Virus record (IMG/VR): IMGVR_UViG_3300028048_001604
Strand: one strand, 5' to 3'
DNA: 63,050 nucleotides
Origin: an uncultured virus (IMG/VR IMGVR_UViG_3300028048_001604)
Lineage: Duplodnaviria > Heunggongvirae > Uroviricota > Caudoviricetes
Made by a program: the position numbers and the translations under genes. The notes beneath the pieces were generated by a model that was not told the origin of the DNA, made no database searches, and saw nothing but the letters and a program-made list of their open reading frames with translations. Of the stretch, positions 9,847 to 18,561 are shown piece after piece; within the stretch, counting starts at the first letter, position 1, and every line of letters starts with the position of its first letter.

Positions 9847-11016
9847 TTAACTCTCCTCGAATACCAACTTATTACCCTTTACCCTAACTTTTACTGATGT
9901 AATTTCTTTCTTGTCTGGTAGTTCAAACATCAAAGGATTTAAAGCATCCTCCATAATACTACGTAAACCTCTTGCACCTGTTTTCTTGTTGATGGCTTTT
10001 TCTGCTATATATGTAATAGCCTTAGGTGTAAACTTGAGGTCTACCCCGTCATATCCAAGCAGAGTAGTGTACTGTCTTACAATACTATTTTTAGGCTCAA
10101 CAAGAATACGTTTTAAGTCAGACTTCGTTAAATCATCTAATTTAACAATAACTGGAACTCTACCCAATAATTCTGGCTTGATTCCTGCCTTTCTTAACTT
10201 TTCAACGATGTCTGCTGTATCTTGTTTTTCTGACTCTTCTTTAGAACTACCAAAACCAATTACATTTTCTTTGTCTTTAGGCTGAGCCATTGTAATCTCT
10301 TCAAAAGCACCACCTAAAATAAATAAAATATTAGACGTATTAACTGTGACATTTCTACGATTTGAAACAACAAGTTCAACGTCTCTACCCTCTAGCAATT
10401 CTAGTAAAGCATCCTGTACACCTTCGCCACTAACATCACGTTCTGCTGAAAGTCTACCACCCTTACGAGCAATTTTATCTAACTCGTCAATATAAACAAT
10501 ACCCTGCTCGGCTTTATGTACGTCACCATTTGCTTTACGCAAAAGAGATGCGATAATATCTTCAACGCTATCTCCTACATAGCCTGCCTGAGTAATGTTT
10601 GTTACCGACTGAATTACGAAAGGCACGTCTAAAAGTTTTGCACAAGAACGAGCAAGCTCTGTCTTACCCACACCTGTTGAACCGAGCATTAGAATATTTG
10701 ACTTACTTACGAAATCATCTTCTGGGTGATTGATTCTCTTATAGTGGTTATAGATACCCGTTGCAAGTGCTCTCTTTGCACTATCCTGACCTACTACCCA
10801 GTCATCTAATGATGCTTTAATCTGACTTGGAGTTAAAAACTTTTCAGTGCTTGTATCTTCTACCTTTGTGAGTAAATCAGACTCGTCTGGCATAAAATCA
10901 TGCTTAAATATCTGGTTAAACATAATATTTTTTGCACAAGATTCACAATATACATTATTGTTGATAATGTATGCCTCAGTAGTATTTAGTTCTTTGTGAC
11001 AATGAAAACAATTCAT
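9847..11016 (-). CDS. clpX: ClpX-like AAA+ unfoldase
   Basis: N-terminal C4 Zn motif, VVGQDSAK, YNHYKR, KSNILMLGSTGVGKT, AGYVGD, IDELDKI, RDVSGEGVQ, IGFG loop, GARGLR. Confidence 0.93.
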   Translation of the reverse strand: MNCFHCHKELNTTEAYIINNNVYCESCAKNIMFNQIFKHDFMPDESDLLTKVEDTSTEKFLTPSQIKASLDDWVVGQDSAKRALATGIYNHYKRINHPEDDFVSKSNILMLGSTGVGKTELARSCAKLLDVPFVIQSVTNITQAGYVGDSVEDIIASLLRKANGDVHKAEQGIVYIDELDKIARKGGRLSAERDVSGEGVQDALLELLEGRDVELVVSNRRNVTVNTSNILFILGGAFEEITMAQPKDKENVIGFGSSKEESEKQDTADIVEKLRKAGIKPELLGRVPVIVKLDDLTKSDLKRILVEPKNSIVRQYTTLLGYDGVDLKFTPKAITYIAEKAINKKTGARGLRSIMEDALNPLMFELPDKKEITSVKVRVKGNKLVFEES

Positions 11017-11042
11017 AGAAGTCCTCCTTTAATTATAGTATT

Positions 11043-11071
11043 ATTATACCACAAGTCTCCTATAATTGCAA
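11043..11071 (-). promoter_or_regulatory. Sigma-A promoter TTGCAA-17-TATAAT with extended TG, upstream of clpX
   Basis: Minus strand TTGCAAttataggagacttgTGgTATAAT. Confidence 0.75.
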
Positions 11072-11078
11072 GAGTAGT

Positions 11079-11492
11079 TTAATGTATTTTTGCTTTTAAC
11101 TTAGCATAGTCTGTTGGGTTAACCTGTGTGATTAGCTTACAGTTATGGTATGCAAGGAACGATGCCGACAACTTGTAATACCCTGTAGCACCTTCGCCAT
11201 CAAAGAATAAGAACTCCTGAGTATGCATATCAAATCCTGCATATAAAGACAGTCTATATGTATTACCATCGATATTTAATTGCAAAGGTGTGCCTTTCTG
11301 CATACCCACAAGCTTTTCTGCTACTTCAGAATAAGTAAAAATATTGCCCTTCTTATACCCTTTAATATCAATACCACGCTTTTCTACGAAGTCTCTTATC
11401 TGAGGAAACGTATATGACTCAGAAACACCATCTTTTGAATCTACTACAAAACATCTTCCTTTATTTTTGAAAACTGTTGTTATACTATACAT
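11079..11492 (-). CDS. Hypothetical protein, D(S/T)KDG paralog family
   Basis: FVVDSKDGVSESYT motif; start moved to the second Met (MYSITT). Confidence 0.7.
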   Translation of the reverse strand: MYSITTVFKNKGRCFVVDSKDGVSESYTFPQIRDFVEKRGIDIKGYKKGNIFTYSEVAEKLVGMQKGTPLQLNIDGNTYRLSLYAGFDMHTQEFLFFDGEGATGYYKLSASFLAYHNCKLITQVNPTDYAKLKAKIH

Positions 11493-11505
11493 ATTTGAAC
11501 CCCCA

Positions 11506-12000
11506 TTAAGCATATACAAAATAAACATTAACGTAAACCCAGTTCTTTTCGCCTGTCTCTACTATGATACGATAATTTGGATACTTAGCTTTAAGGTCTG
11601 CACGTACCTTATCTAATATATTCATAAGAGCAGGACTTGGCTCCATCCAATCATAATCTTCCATCTCATCACCATTGATATGAGGTGGATATACCCATTC
11701 GCCATAGTCACGAACTGAAACTGATACGAAAAAATCCTGTATCTCTACGTCTTTCTGATAATATAAGTCGTATTCACGCAGTTTATGTAAAACAGAATCG
11801 ACAATACCCTGCTTATCAATAGTCTTGGAATTTTTGTACTGCTTTAATATTTTATCTAGACCATCAATTTTTATAGTCGGGTGCGTTTTTCGTATTGTAT
11901 GCAACTGCTGTAACGTGTATTTTTCACGACTATTGTCTTTTGAATCGTGAACAAAAACTGAACTTAGACTAGTTGCAGATGAAATATTAAATCTAGACAT
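11506..12000 (-). CDS. Hypothetical protein, D(S/T)KDG paralog family
   Basis: VFVHDSKDNSREKYT...IKIDG motif. Confidence 0.7.
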   Translation of the reverse strand: MSRFNISSATSLSSVFVHDSKDNSREKYTLQQLHTIRKTHPTIKIDGLDKILKQYKNSKTIDKQGIVDSVLHKLREYDLYYQKDVEIQDFFVSVSVRDYGEWVYPPHINGDEMEDYDWMEPSPALMNILDKVRADLKAKYPNYRIIVETGEKNWVYVNVYFVYA

Positions 12001-12433
12001 TGTAATACCCCTTTCTGTTCAACCTTTGTAATCTAACCCTAGATTCAGTAGTCATTGTGTCAAGATTTATAGTAGACTTCATTGTATAAGGCTTTTCATA
12101 CATACCGCCATTATATGTCTGTACATAAATCATTTTATTACCCTGAACTTTGTATTCAATAATACCATATTGTTCTGCCCATTGTAATGCACGTTCCTCG
12201 TAATAGATTTTTGGCTTTCTGCTTACATTCAGTACCTGAACAGTATCGTAAATGAATATCGTTGTAGGCTCAGCTACAAGTCTCTGACACCTATCAATAG
12301 CACTCTGTACTGAATCTTCAGTATTGAACTTTTTAGCCTCTGCCTGACTTTTTGTAAATATGACTCTACCATTGGCAATAGCTTTTACATACCCTTGGTT
12401 GGCACCGTGTGCCATAATTATGTACTTCTGCAT
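11993..12433 (-). CDS. Hypothetical protein
   Basis: 146 aa, GGAGGG RBS. Confidence 0.7.
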   Translation of the reverse strand: MQKYIIMAHGANQGYVKAIANGRVIFTKSQAEAKKFNTEDSVQSAIDRCQRLVAEPTTIFIYDTVQVLNVSRKPKIYYEERALQWAEQYGIIEYKVQGNKMIYVQTYNGGMYEKPYTMKSTINLDTMTTESRVRLQRLNRKGYYNV

Positions 12434-12441
12434 ATACCCTC

Positions 12442-13881
12442 CTACAATTTAAGACCTTTATAATCTAACCTCTTGTACTTAACAATATCAGTGGCAATAC
12501 TTTCGCACTGCTCGTGATTATACTTAGCCATCTGTGTATCATTTAGTACAACTAATTTGTTACAGTCATAGCAATAACAACGATAATATGCTAAACCGTC
12601 TCTACCTATATAATAAGGTTCCTCTTCTTTTAATAAAGAAGTATTTGGTACTTCTAGCAGTCTAGACTTTTTAGTATTGCCTTCATCAGATATTTTAAGG
12701 TCTGCCAGCTTTAAAATACCCCTAAATGAGTCCTTTTTGTCGATTGACCTAATTTCATCATATACTTCTTTATGAACATTTATAGTCTGGCTAGGACAAT
12801 CAGACGTAGCTGAACCGAAAACAGTAAAAGGTGTAGCGTTAATACCCTTTGCACATTCGTATCTTTGAGAATCCCTATTATATCTTGCGTTCTCACAAGA
12901 CATACAAAAATCTGACTGTAATAAGAATAGAGTTCTTTGAAGTTTAGTACACTTACATGATAATTTATTGTGTAATACACTATACAAATCAGTATTAACA
13001 CGTTTACCGCAAAATACACACTCTACGGAACAACCAAAGTTTGTATCTGACTGTGCTATAATTCGTAACTGATTATGAACCTCCCCCACATGAGATTTTT
13101 TATAAGTACCCTTGACACTTGTGGGTACACCTCCACAACAAGAACACTTAATCTTCTTTTGTAAGTCTCGCTGGCTCAATGTGATAGGTGTACCGCATAT
13201 AGTACAAATCATATGAAATATATAACGACTGCCAACTTTTTCTACTGCACCTAATGTATAATCAGCATTATTGTTTATAAAGTTATCAATCTTTGGTACT
13301 AAAGTTTTAGATGCTTTTAATTTCATAAAGTCTAGCTTGTAGTTCTGTATGAAATCATCATACTTTCCATCAAGCATACGCTTTGTCATTTCAACTCGTT
13401 TTTTATTCTTTTCTTGCTGTTTTTTATGGGCATCTCGTTTAGCCTCTATTCGTCTCTTTTCGCTACAAATAGGACAAGAATAATTACCCGTATGTCTTAA
13501 CTCTGTTGAAGTAAAATCAGTACCACAATATTTGCACTCCAATAACCAAGTAGGGTTATATGCTGTTTTGCCTACCCTCTTTGTGCTAGAATATACAGAA
13601 ATTGTGCAATTCTCTAGGTCTACCCTGTTTATTGGTAGTATTGCACCTAGTATATTCATGTCTCCGATAGAACCATCAATACCCCTATCAACAGTACGGT
13701 CTATATAAGATTCATACCCTGTAATTACCCTTGGATTCGCACGCATATCAGAAAGTGTTACAAGCAAATTACCTGAATATTTATTTATATACATCTGCTC
13801 TTGAAATGTGAGTCTAAATGTGCTTACCTTACGAGAGTCTAACATCAATCTGGTTAAATCATTTTTACTATATTCCTTCAC
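12442..13881 (-). CDS. Cys-rich multi-Zn-ribbon protein
   Basis: Many CxxC pairs; HVGEVHNQLRII...CVFCG...LSCKC recalls N-terminal modules of phage homing-endonuclease-like proteins. Start moved to GTG 13881 (AAGGAGG RBS). Confidence 0.65.
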   Translation of the reverse strand: MKEYSKNDLTRLMLDSRKVSTFRLTFQEQMYINKYSGNLLVTLSDMRANPRVITGYESYIDRTVDRGIDGSIGDMNILGAILPINRVDLENCTISVYSSTKRVGKTAYNPTWLLECKYCGTDFTSTELRHTGNYSCPICSEKRRIEAKRDAHKKQQEKNKKRVEMTKRMLDGKYDDFIQNYKLDFMKLKASKTLVPKIDNFINNNADYTLGAVEKVGSRYIFHMICTICGTPITLSQRDLQKKIKCSCCGGVPTSVKGTYKKSHVGEVHNQLRIIAQSDTNFGCSVECVFCGKRVNTDLYSVLHNKLSCKCTKLQRTLFLLQSDFCMSCENARYNRDSQRYECAKGINATPFTVFGSATSDCPSQTINVHKEVYDEIRSIDKKDSFRGILKLADLKISDEGNTKKSRLLEVPNTSLLKEEEPYYIGRDGLAYYRCYCYDCNKLVVLNDTQMAKYNHEQCESIATDIVKYKRLDYKGLKL

Positions 13882-15601
13882 TTTCTGCCTCCTTAAGTAA
13901 TAAATATAATGTCTTACCACGGGAGCGTCTAGCTCTATAATACTTATGAGCCTTTTCAGAATAAATAAACTTATTCATAGAAAAATCTTTTTGCAAACCA
14001 CAATTAGATTCATCTTCTATTGTAATACCCTGTGATTTTAATACTTTAACTACACCTGTACAACTTATATCAAGTATTGATGCTATTTGATAAATAGGCA
14101 TTTGTTTTTCGTTATAGAAGTCAAGAACTAAAGCTATTGTCTTACCATTTTTTATCCTAGACCAATTAAAGTAACTTTGTACATCAACATTACCTTTATA
14201 TTGTCTGTACTTTGATTCTAACTGTTTAGATGTACGTGCAGTAATCTTTTGAAGCAGAGATGGGTCTATATCGTCTCCGCCATTAGACTTGTAATCATAC
14301 TTTCTTCGCAACTCTAGTTGGTTTGCCATATTATTGAATACATCTATAATGATTGGCTCGTGAATAGCTGATGCGTCAAAACATCTACCCAACATTTGGT
14401 TAAAAGAAATTATGCTACTGCAATTACGATAAATCATTACCCCTGAGGTTGGCTTAATGTGATACCCCATCACGATAGTATCTACATTAAATACCAAACT
14501 GCAAGTAAAGGCTTTTGGTTTCTTCTGTTCTAGTGTATCAAGAGTTTTACCAACAGTACAAGTATATAAGGCATCGTCTCTATAAGTACGTGTTCCGACT
14601 GGGCTGCCAACAGCGTTAAAAATGTTAGATTTACAATGGTCTTTAACAATATTGTTATTGTTATTATCAGCAGTCTTACTTATAACATATTCTACGTCTA
14701 GTTTGATAGAAACATCTGTACCCTCAACTATGCTGGCTTGCGTATTTAGAGCGTTATAAAAGTATTGCTCTACTTCTTCTCCTAATTCTACCATAGACTC
14801 GGTATTTTTGAAGAATACAATAAATCTACAAAAAGAATCATCAGAATTAGAACTCAAAAAATTATACCCACAACTCTTTAGAGTTAAATACAGATTTCTG
14901 CAATTTTCTACGGGTGATAGCTGAGTATATCTCTGCTTTAAGATATTATAAGATGCCTTATCAAAACCACTATCTTCTGCTACTTGAAAGTTGCCTACCT
15001 GAGTGCTAGAATATTTTGCTAGTACAGGTGGTAAAAATACCCCATCTTGCAAAGCGTTTCCAAGGTCATATGTGCTAGTCTGAATACCCTTGAACATATC
15101 ATCGATAATAAAACTTGCACCTTCGTCAGTACGCTCTATGGTGGCGGTTACACCTACTATGTAGATAGAATTACTTAATTCCTCTTCTACATAATCCCAA
15201 AATTTACGAAAACCTACGGCTCCTGCTCTATGTACCTCATCTAGCAGTAATAAATCACAGGTCTTTAACTTTTTAAGAATAGAGGTTCTTGCTTTTTCGC
15301 TACCCGTTTCGCCAAAAGCGATTGATATAGCCTGATAAGAAATCATCTCGATATTTTCATATACATCTGGATAATTATCTCGTACCTCGCTTAAAATGAT
15401 GTTAGTTGGGTATATGTAAACTACCCTCTTTTTACCACTTATAAGCATATTACGTGCTAAATTACATAAAAAGTAAGTCTTACCAAAACCTGTTGGGCGA
15501 ATAACTAAGCACCTACCCTTGTTTTTTAGCTTTGCCTCTACCTCTTTTATTAGTTCTGTTCCTTTTCGGTTTCTTATAACCCTGCAACTTTCCGAACTCA
15601 T
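13868..15601 (-). CDS. Superfamily 2 (ResIII/DEAD-like) helicase
   Basis: RPTGFGKT, LLLDEVHR, GVTAT, QMLGR motifs; possible C-terminal HTH. Confidence 0.85.
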   Translation of the reverse strand: MSSESCRVIRNRKGTELIKEVEAKLKNKGRCLVIRPTGFGKTYFLCNLARNMLISGKKRVVYIYPTNIILSEVRDNYPDVYENIEMISYQAISIAFGETGSEKARTSILKKLKTCDLLLLDEVHRAGAVGFRKFWDYVEEELSNSIYIVGVTATIERTDEGASFIIDDMFKGIQTSTYDLGNALQDGVFLPPVLAKYSSTQVGNFQVAEDSGFDKASYNILKQRYTQLSPVENCRNLYLTLKSCGYNFLSSNSDDSFCRFIVFFKNTESMVELGEEVEQYFYNALNTQASIVEGTDVSIKLDVEYVISKTADNNNNNIVKDHCKSNIFNAVGSPVGTRTYRDDALYTCTVGKTLDTLEQKKPKAFTCSLVFNVDTIVMGYHIKPTSGVMIYRNCSSIISFNQMLGRCFDASAIHEPIIIDVFNNMANQLELRRKYDYKSNGGDDIDPSLLQKITARTSKQLESKYRQYKGNVDVQSYFNWSRIKNGKTIALVLDFYNEKQMPIYQIASILDISCTGVVKVLKSQGITIEDESNCGLQKDFSMNKFIYSEKAHKYYRARRSRGKTLYLLLKEAESEGI

Positions 15602-15839
15602 CTAACTTCTTCAATGCCTCCCTTGCATTAACTAGTAACTCGTTCTTTATATCTAATCTGGACTTAAGAGCATAATACTGTGCCTCAGCATCATCATCTG
15701 ATAGATACCCTACGGTTATATTACGCTCTATTAAAGTCTCTAAAGATTTTACTGCCAATTTGCACTCTTTGATATGTTCTTCTAATTTTTCATGGTCTTT
15801 CCAATAATTCTTTTCCTGATTCGATACCCGATTAAACAT
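15513..15839 (-). CDS. Hypothetical coiled-coil protein
   Basis: 108 aa with basic tail. Confidence 0.6.
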   Translation of the reverse strand: MFNRVSNQEKNYWKDHEKLEEHIKECKLAVKSLETLIERNITVGYLSDDDAEAQYYALKSRLDIKNELLVNAREALKKLDEFGKLQGYKKPKRNRTNKRGRGKAKKQG

Positions 15840-16017
15840 AGTCGATTACCTTAGATGTCCAAACAACCCTACCGTCTGCAAGCTGTATAGTAGCTCTATC
15901 GCCAACCAAAGCCTGGATATATAAGTAGTGTTGAACAGTTCTAAATTTACCACCCCAGCAAGTTTTTGAAACTGGGTCAATATAGTAAATGCTATTTTTT
16001 GTTCTAAAACCTACCAT
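15832..16017 (-). CDS. Hypothetical protein
   Basis: 61 aa, AAGGAGGG RBS. Confidence 0.7.
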   Translation of the reverse strand: MVGFRTKNSIYYIDPVSKTCWGGKFRTVQHYLYIQALVGDRATIQLADGRVVWTSKVIDYV

Positions 16018-16040
16018 ACTTAAACCCTCCTTGATAAAAT

Positions 16041-16071
16041 GGCAAAAGGCTAACTAGTGTTAGCCTTTGCC
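16041..16071 (-). terminator. Intrinsic terminator
   Basis: Minus strand GGCAAAGGCTAAC-loop-GTTAGCCTTTTGCC followed by a T-rich tract, just after the 16080 stop. Confidence 0.7.
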
Positions 16072-16079
16072 TGCTTATT

Positions 16080-17141
16080 TTAACGCATTAACTTCAAACG
16101 AGTTAAAGCCCTCAGAGCATCGTTATGAAGTTCGTCATTCAATACTTTAAGCTGTGTCTTAGTTAATTTATCAAATGCGTCAGTGTACTGCTTATTCATG
16201 CAAGCCTCTAGAATCTCGTCTGGATTCTTTCGCAACATACCCTGCTCATAATACCCATTATCAATAGCAAACTTAAGTGCAGTAATTTTTTCCTGTGTGA
16301 ATTTAGGATGCTTTAAAATAGGACTGTATTTTACTGCATCGTCTTTAGACTTAACAAACTCATTATAGCACCTAATAGTCTCTACCGGATATACGGGGTT
16401 GTTATATGCATAAGAATAAGCTCCATTTGCTGCTCCTACCCACAATGAATTCATCTGCTTTGGAGTTAACTTCGGATTCTTAATGAAATTAATATCACTC
16501 AAATACTTACTAGCCTTATTAAACTGATTTAGCTGTGCCTGAGTGAAAGAAGTACCCTGCTCCTTTGGTTTCTTTGGCTCTGCTTTTGGCTTTGGCTCTG
16601 CTTTTGGCTTTGGCTCTACCTTTGGTTCGTCTTTAGGCTCATTCTTATATTCAATAGTTCTCTTAATTCGCTTGGGTGCTCTCTTAAGTTCAATTACCAT
16701 TGTAGGGAAATGTGCGTCTGGATATTCAGATACAGACTTATTCTTAACAATAAGGTTCTGTACCGCACCAATATCAAGTCCTGCAACCTGAGATGTCTTT
16801 ACATCATATACAGTAACATTTGTACGGTCATAAAGTCTATACCCAAGGGTTCTACCCCTGAGATTATCTACAATTTTTACAACTGCTACAAAACGAGCCT
16901 TACTGAATCGAGAAAATGCACCCTGATTCTCCTTGATTTTACCCTGTTCAACGCTAAAATTGATAGGTGTTCTGTGCATTTTCATAACATTTACTGCTAA
17001 AGATACTTCATCGAGTACAGATGGTGACGTAAAATCTTTACCATCTCTAGATACTAGTACAGTATTATAGCACTTAAGACCATTATTCAAAGTCTTTTCC
17101 ATCTGAATGTTTCTACCCAAAACGGCGATATACGGTTCCAT
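16080..17141 (-). CDS. Hypothetical protein, third gene of the vWA/AAA operon
   Basis: 353 aa; N-terminal region resembles the N-terminal extension of the vWA protein; EPK repeat linker. Confidence 0.75.
   Translation of the reverse strand: MEPYIAVLGRNIQMEKTLNNGLKCYNTVLVSRDGKDFTSPSVLDEVSLAVNVMKMHRTPINFSVEQGKIKENQGAFSRFSKARFVAVVKIVDNLRGRTLGYRLYDRTNVTVYDVKTSQVAGLDIGAVQNLIVKNKSVSEYPDAHFPTMVIELKRAPKRIKRTIEYKNEPKDEPKVEPKPKAEPKPKAEPKKPKEQGTSFTQAQLNQFNKASKYLSDINFIKNPKLTPKQMNSLWVGAANGAYSYAYNNPVYPVETIRCYNEFVKSKDDAVKYSPILKHPKFTQEKITALKFAIDNGYYEQGMLRKNPDEILEACMNKQYTDAFDKLTKTQLKVLNDELHNDALRALTRLKLMR
16561..16642. repeat. Coding tandem repeat (EPKPKA units, 18 bp)
   Basis: tttggctctgcttttggc repeated; encodes EPKDEPKVEPKPKAEPKPKAEPKKPKE. 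Confidence 0.75.
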
Positions 17142-17153
17142 ATGTGTTACCTC

Positions 17154-18551
17154 CTAAATTGCCTCACTAGCACTAATAATTTCTAATAAATCGTCTGCAC
17201 GGTCTGCCAGTACCTGTGTCCAAATAGGACTTGCACTATCAAGTCTCTGGTCTACAAATAATAGGCGAAGATTTGGAATCTTTGTAATGGACTGTACAAG
17301 TGTTGTAACAATAACTTCCATCTGAGCTGATGATAAGAAGAAATTCAAGCAGTTAGCAAACATCTGCACGTCAGCATCCGTCCAATCTGACGCTGTCTTA
17401 AGATTTTCTGTAGTACCGTCGTGAGCCTGTCTAAGTCTTCTATACAACTCGTCAGTAACAGTAGCAAGTAACAGGTGAGTAACCTGAGCTGAAGTATTTT
17501 CTGGCATTGTCTTAACCTTACCCGAAAGAACTGCATCTGGTGTGATATCCTGTGGAATACTATCTCTAAACTTAACAAAGGCTACAAGGTCTTGTACAGT
17601 TGAACTACCCAAAGGTGCTTTGTTACCTGCTTCTAGAAAATCTTCAAGTGTAAGTACAGCAAAGTAATCTGATGGTACTTTTGTTTTACCCTCTTTGATT
17701 GTCTTAAGAACGCACATACGTTTCAACTCTAGGTCAAAGGAAATCCATGTTCTACCGACAGCATAAGCTGTACCAAGATTTTCACGTCTTTCCATATTCT
17801 CCTCTTCGGTAGCAGGATTAGTAAATGCCTCGTTCTTCCAATCGAGATATGCAAGAATATAAGGATTAACCTTACGCTCTATTGCATACTCCTTCCAATC
17901 TTCATAGGTTGTGTATACATTATATGTAATAAAACGTGTAATCATCGCAGTGTCTAGACGCATAAAGTTGTCCCACTGAGGTCCGTTTCCAGCTCCAACT
18001 ACAAGCCAACCATCTGGTAACTTATAACTGCCGATAGAACGTCTAGCATCAGTAAGTGACATAGCTGGTTGCATCTGCTGAACGTCTGCTGTTGTGATTT
18101 CGTCAAGGAAGAATACCCCGTATTTGCCATCACGTTCTTCGTCTGGTAGTTCATCGGCTCTAATGGTACGAATATTACCCTGTTCATCTTCCATAGCAAC
18201 TGGAATACCGTCAAGTGCACCTACAAGTTTCTGACCTAATACAAGCTCTTTATACCCGAATTGAATTGGGTTGCCCTCTTCTCTTAAAGCCCTATTTACC
18301 TTTTCAATAGAACTTTTTACACCTTCGGTTTTACCAATACCTGGGTCACCAATAACAAGATATGGCTTATATAAAAACTCTCTCTTGTTAATACCCTCGA
18401 AATCAGAGCTTTTTAACAAGTCTTCTACTGCTGATGCGTGAGCGATTAAACTTAATCTGCCACGCAAGTCTGAGAAAAATTCATTGATTCGGACAGGTGC
18501 TACCCCGAAATCATTCTCCTTAGACTGCCTTAAATCTTCGCTGTTATTCAT
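17154..18551 (-). CDS. MoxR-like AAA+ ATPase
   Basis: Walker A GDPGIGKT, Walker B FFLDEI, VVGAGN, MITRF; partnered with a vWA protein. Confidence 0.85.
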   Translation of the reverse strand: MNNSEDLRQSKENDFGVAPVRINEFFSDLRGRLSLIAHASAVEDLLKSSDFEGINKREFLYKPYLVIGDPGIGKTEGVKSSIEKVNRALREEGNPIQFGYKELVLGQKLVGALDGIPVAMEDEQGNIRTIRADELPDEERDGKYGVFFLDEITTADVQQMQPAMSLTDARRSIGSYKLPDGWLVVGAGNGPQWDNFMRLDTAMITRFITYNVYTTYEDWKEYAIERKVNPYILAYLDWKNEAFTNPATEEENMERRENLGTAYAVGRTWISFDLELKRMCVLKTIKEGKTKVPSDYFAVLTLEDFLEAGNKAPLGSSTVQDLVAFVKFRDSIPQDITPDAVLSGKVKTMPENTSAQVTHLLLATVTDELYRRLRQAHDGTTENLKTASDWTDADVQMFANCLNFFLSSAQMEVIVTTLVQSITKIPNLRLLFVDQRLDSASPIWTQVLADRADDLLEIISASEAI

Positions 18552-18561
18552 TTTGTACCTC

